DNA of 60,156 nt, the filler included, from Ionaspis alba (Eukaryota): assembly GCA_964255285.1 (NCBI GenBank). It is 5 parts of 5 records of this genome, joined end to end, with 100 filler letters (N's around TTAATTAATTAA, not from the genome) between each part and the next. Parts side by side here need not be neighbours in the genome. Positions count along the whole stretch, not along the records: positions 48,240 to 60,156 come from CAXUUL010000532.1; 4 more parts are not named here. One strand, written 5' to 3'. The notes under the pieces are model-generated. The model had not been told where the DNA came from. It searched no databases and saw only the letters and a list, made by a program, of their open reading frames with translations. The position numbers and the translations under genes are program-made. Shown here in pieces: positions 60,001 through 60,156 of this stretch; within the stretch, counting starts at the first letter, position 1; every line of letters starts with the position of its first letter.

Positions 60001-60156
60001 CGCCCGGTGGGGTGGTCACGGTGTCGGGCACGCCGATTTCGCTGCAGTTGGATGCGTCGAGGTCGGATGTTGTGGTTGGGACTAGCACGCAGTTGTTGGG
60101 GGGTGTGATTATGAGTGCGTTTGGGGGGTCGGGTGGTGCCACGGAGAGTGGAGGGG
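57006..60156 (+). CDS. Large secreted repeat-rich cell-surface protein (adhesin/mucin-like), 3' end runs off the window
   Basis: Signal peptide MSFLSSLFSCVLCGVIAL; introns 57082-57147 and 58127-58177; Cys-containing domain (CGGGCGIC..YWP..TSPSVY..FADAQCPP..DPPYAL); Pro-rich repeats, then about 40-aa GQT-x-x-PG repeats. Confidence 0.8.
58743..59042 (+). repeat. Coding 36-bp tandem repeat encoding PQQPPxDPxxPK
   Basis: PQQPPQDPATPK, PQQPPSDPAAPK, PQQPPTDPNIPK, PQQPPSNPNSPK, PQQPPSHPDTPS.., PQQPPSDPATPG, plus degenerate copies. Confidence 0.88.

Noticed and set aside
1..60156. A biosynthetic cluster formed by the NRPS-like gene, P450, DUF1772, aldolase and transporters
   Set aside because: These genes lie on different concatenated scaffolds among housekeeping genes, and the P450 is broken.

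Overview
Eukaryotic DNA from a filamentous ascomycete (Pezizomycotina-type genes with short GT-AG introns and CTRAC/CTAAC branch sites). The window is not one locus. It is five unrelated scaffolds (11998, 11994, 11926, 11921 and 11917 bp, in descending size order) joined by an artificial N44-TTAATTAATTAA-N44 linker, with seven internal 100-N gaps. About 24 mostly housekeeping genes are supported: an NRPS-like A-domain enzyme, MCH1, KCS1, a WSC protein, ferroportin, DNA2, ODC, an ankyrin protein, ADAL, BXI1, a ceramide synthase, dynein LIC, MCCA, MHP1, RPL5, an amino-acid permease, DUF1772, an S10 carboxypeptidase, an HpcH aldolase, RPA3, HIBCH, YML6 and a repeat-rich secreted protein. There is also a clear cytochrome P450 pseudogene. 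No rRNA, tRNA, CRISPR array or intact transposon was seen, and no new multi-gene system can be supported. The best leads are a spliced 41-aa membrane microprotein divergent from KCS1, an A-domain with K-to-E in its P-loop, non-canonical splice sites (GC donor, GAG acceptor, a possible recursive AG|GT site), MCB-box arrays upstream of DNA2 and RPA3, and repeated sharp C/A-to-G/T strand-skew inversions inside genes.
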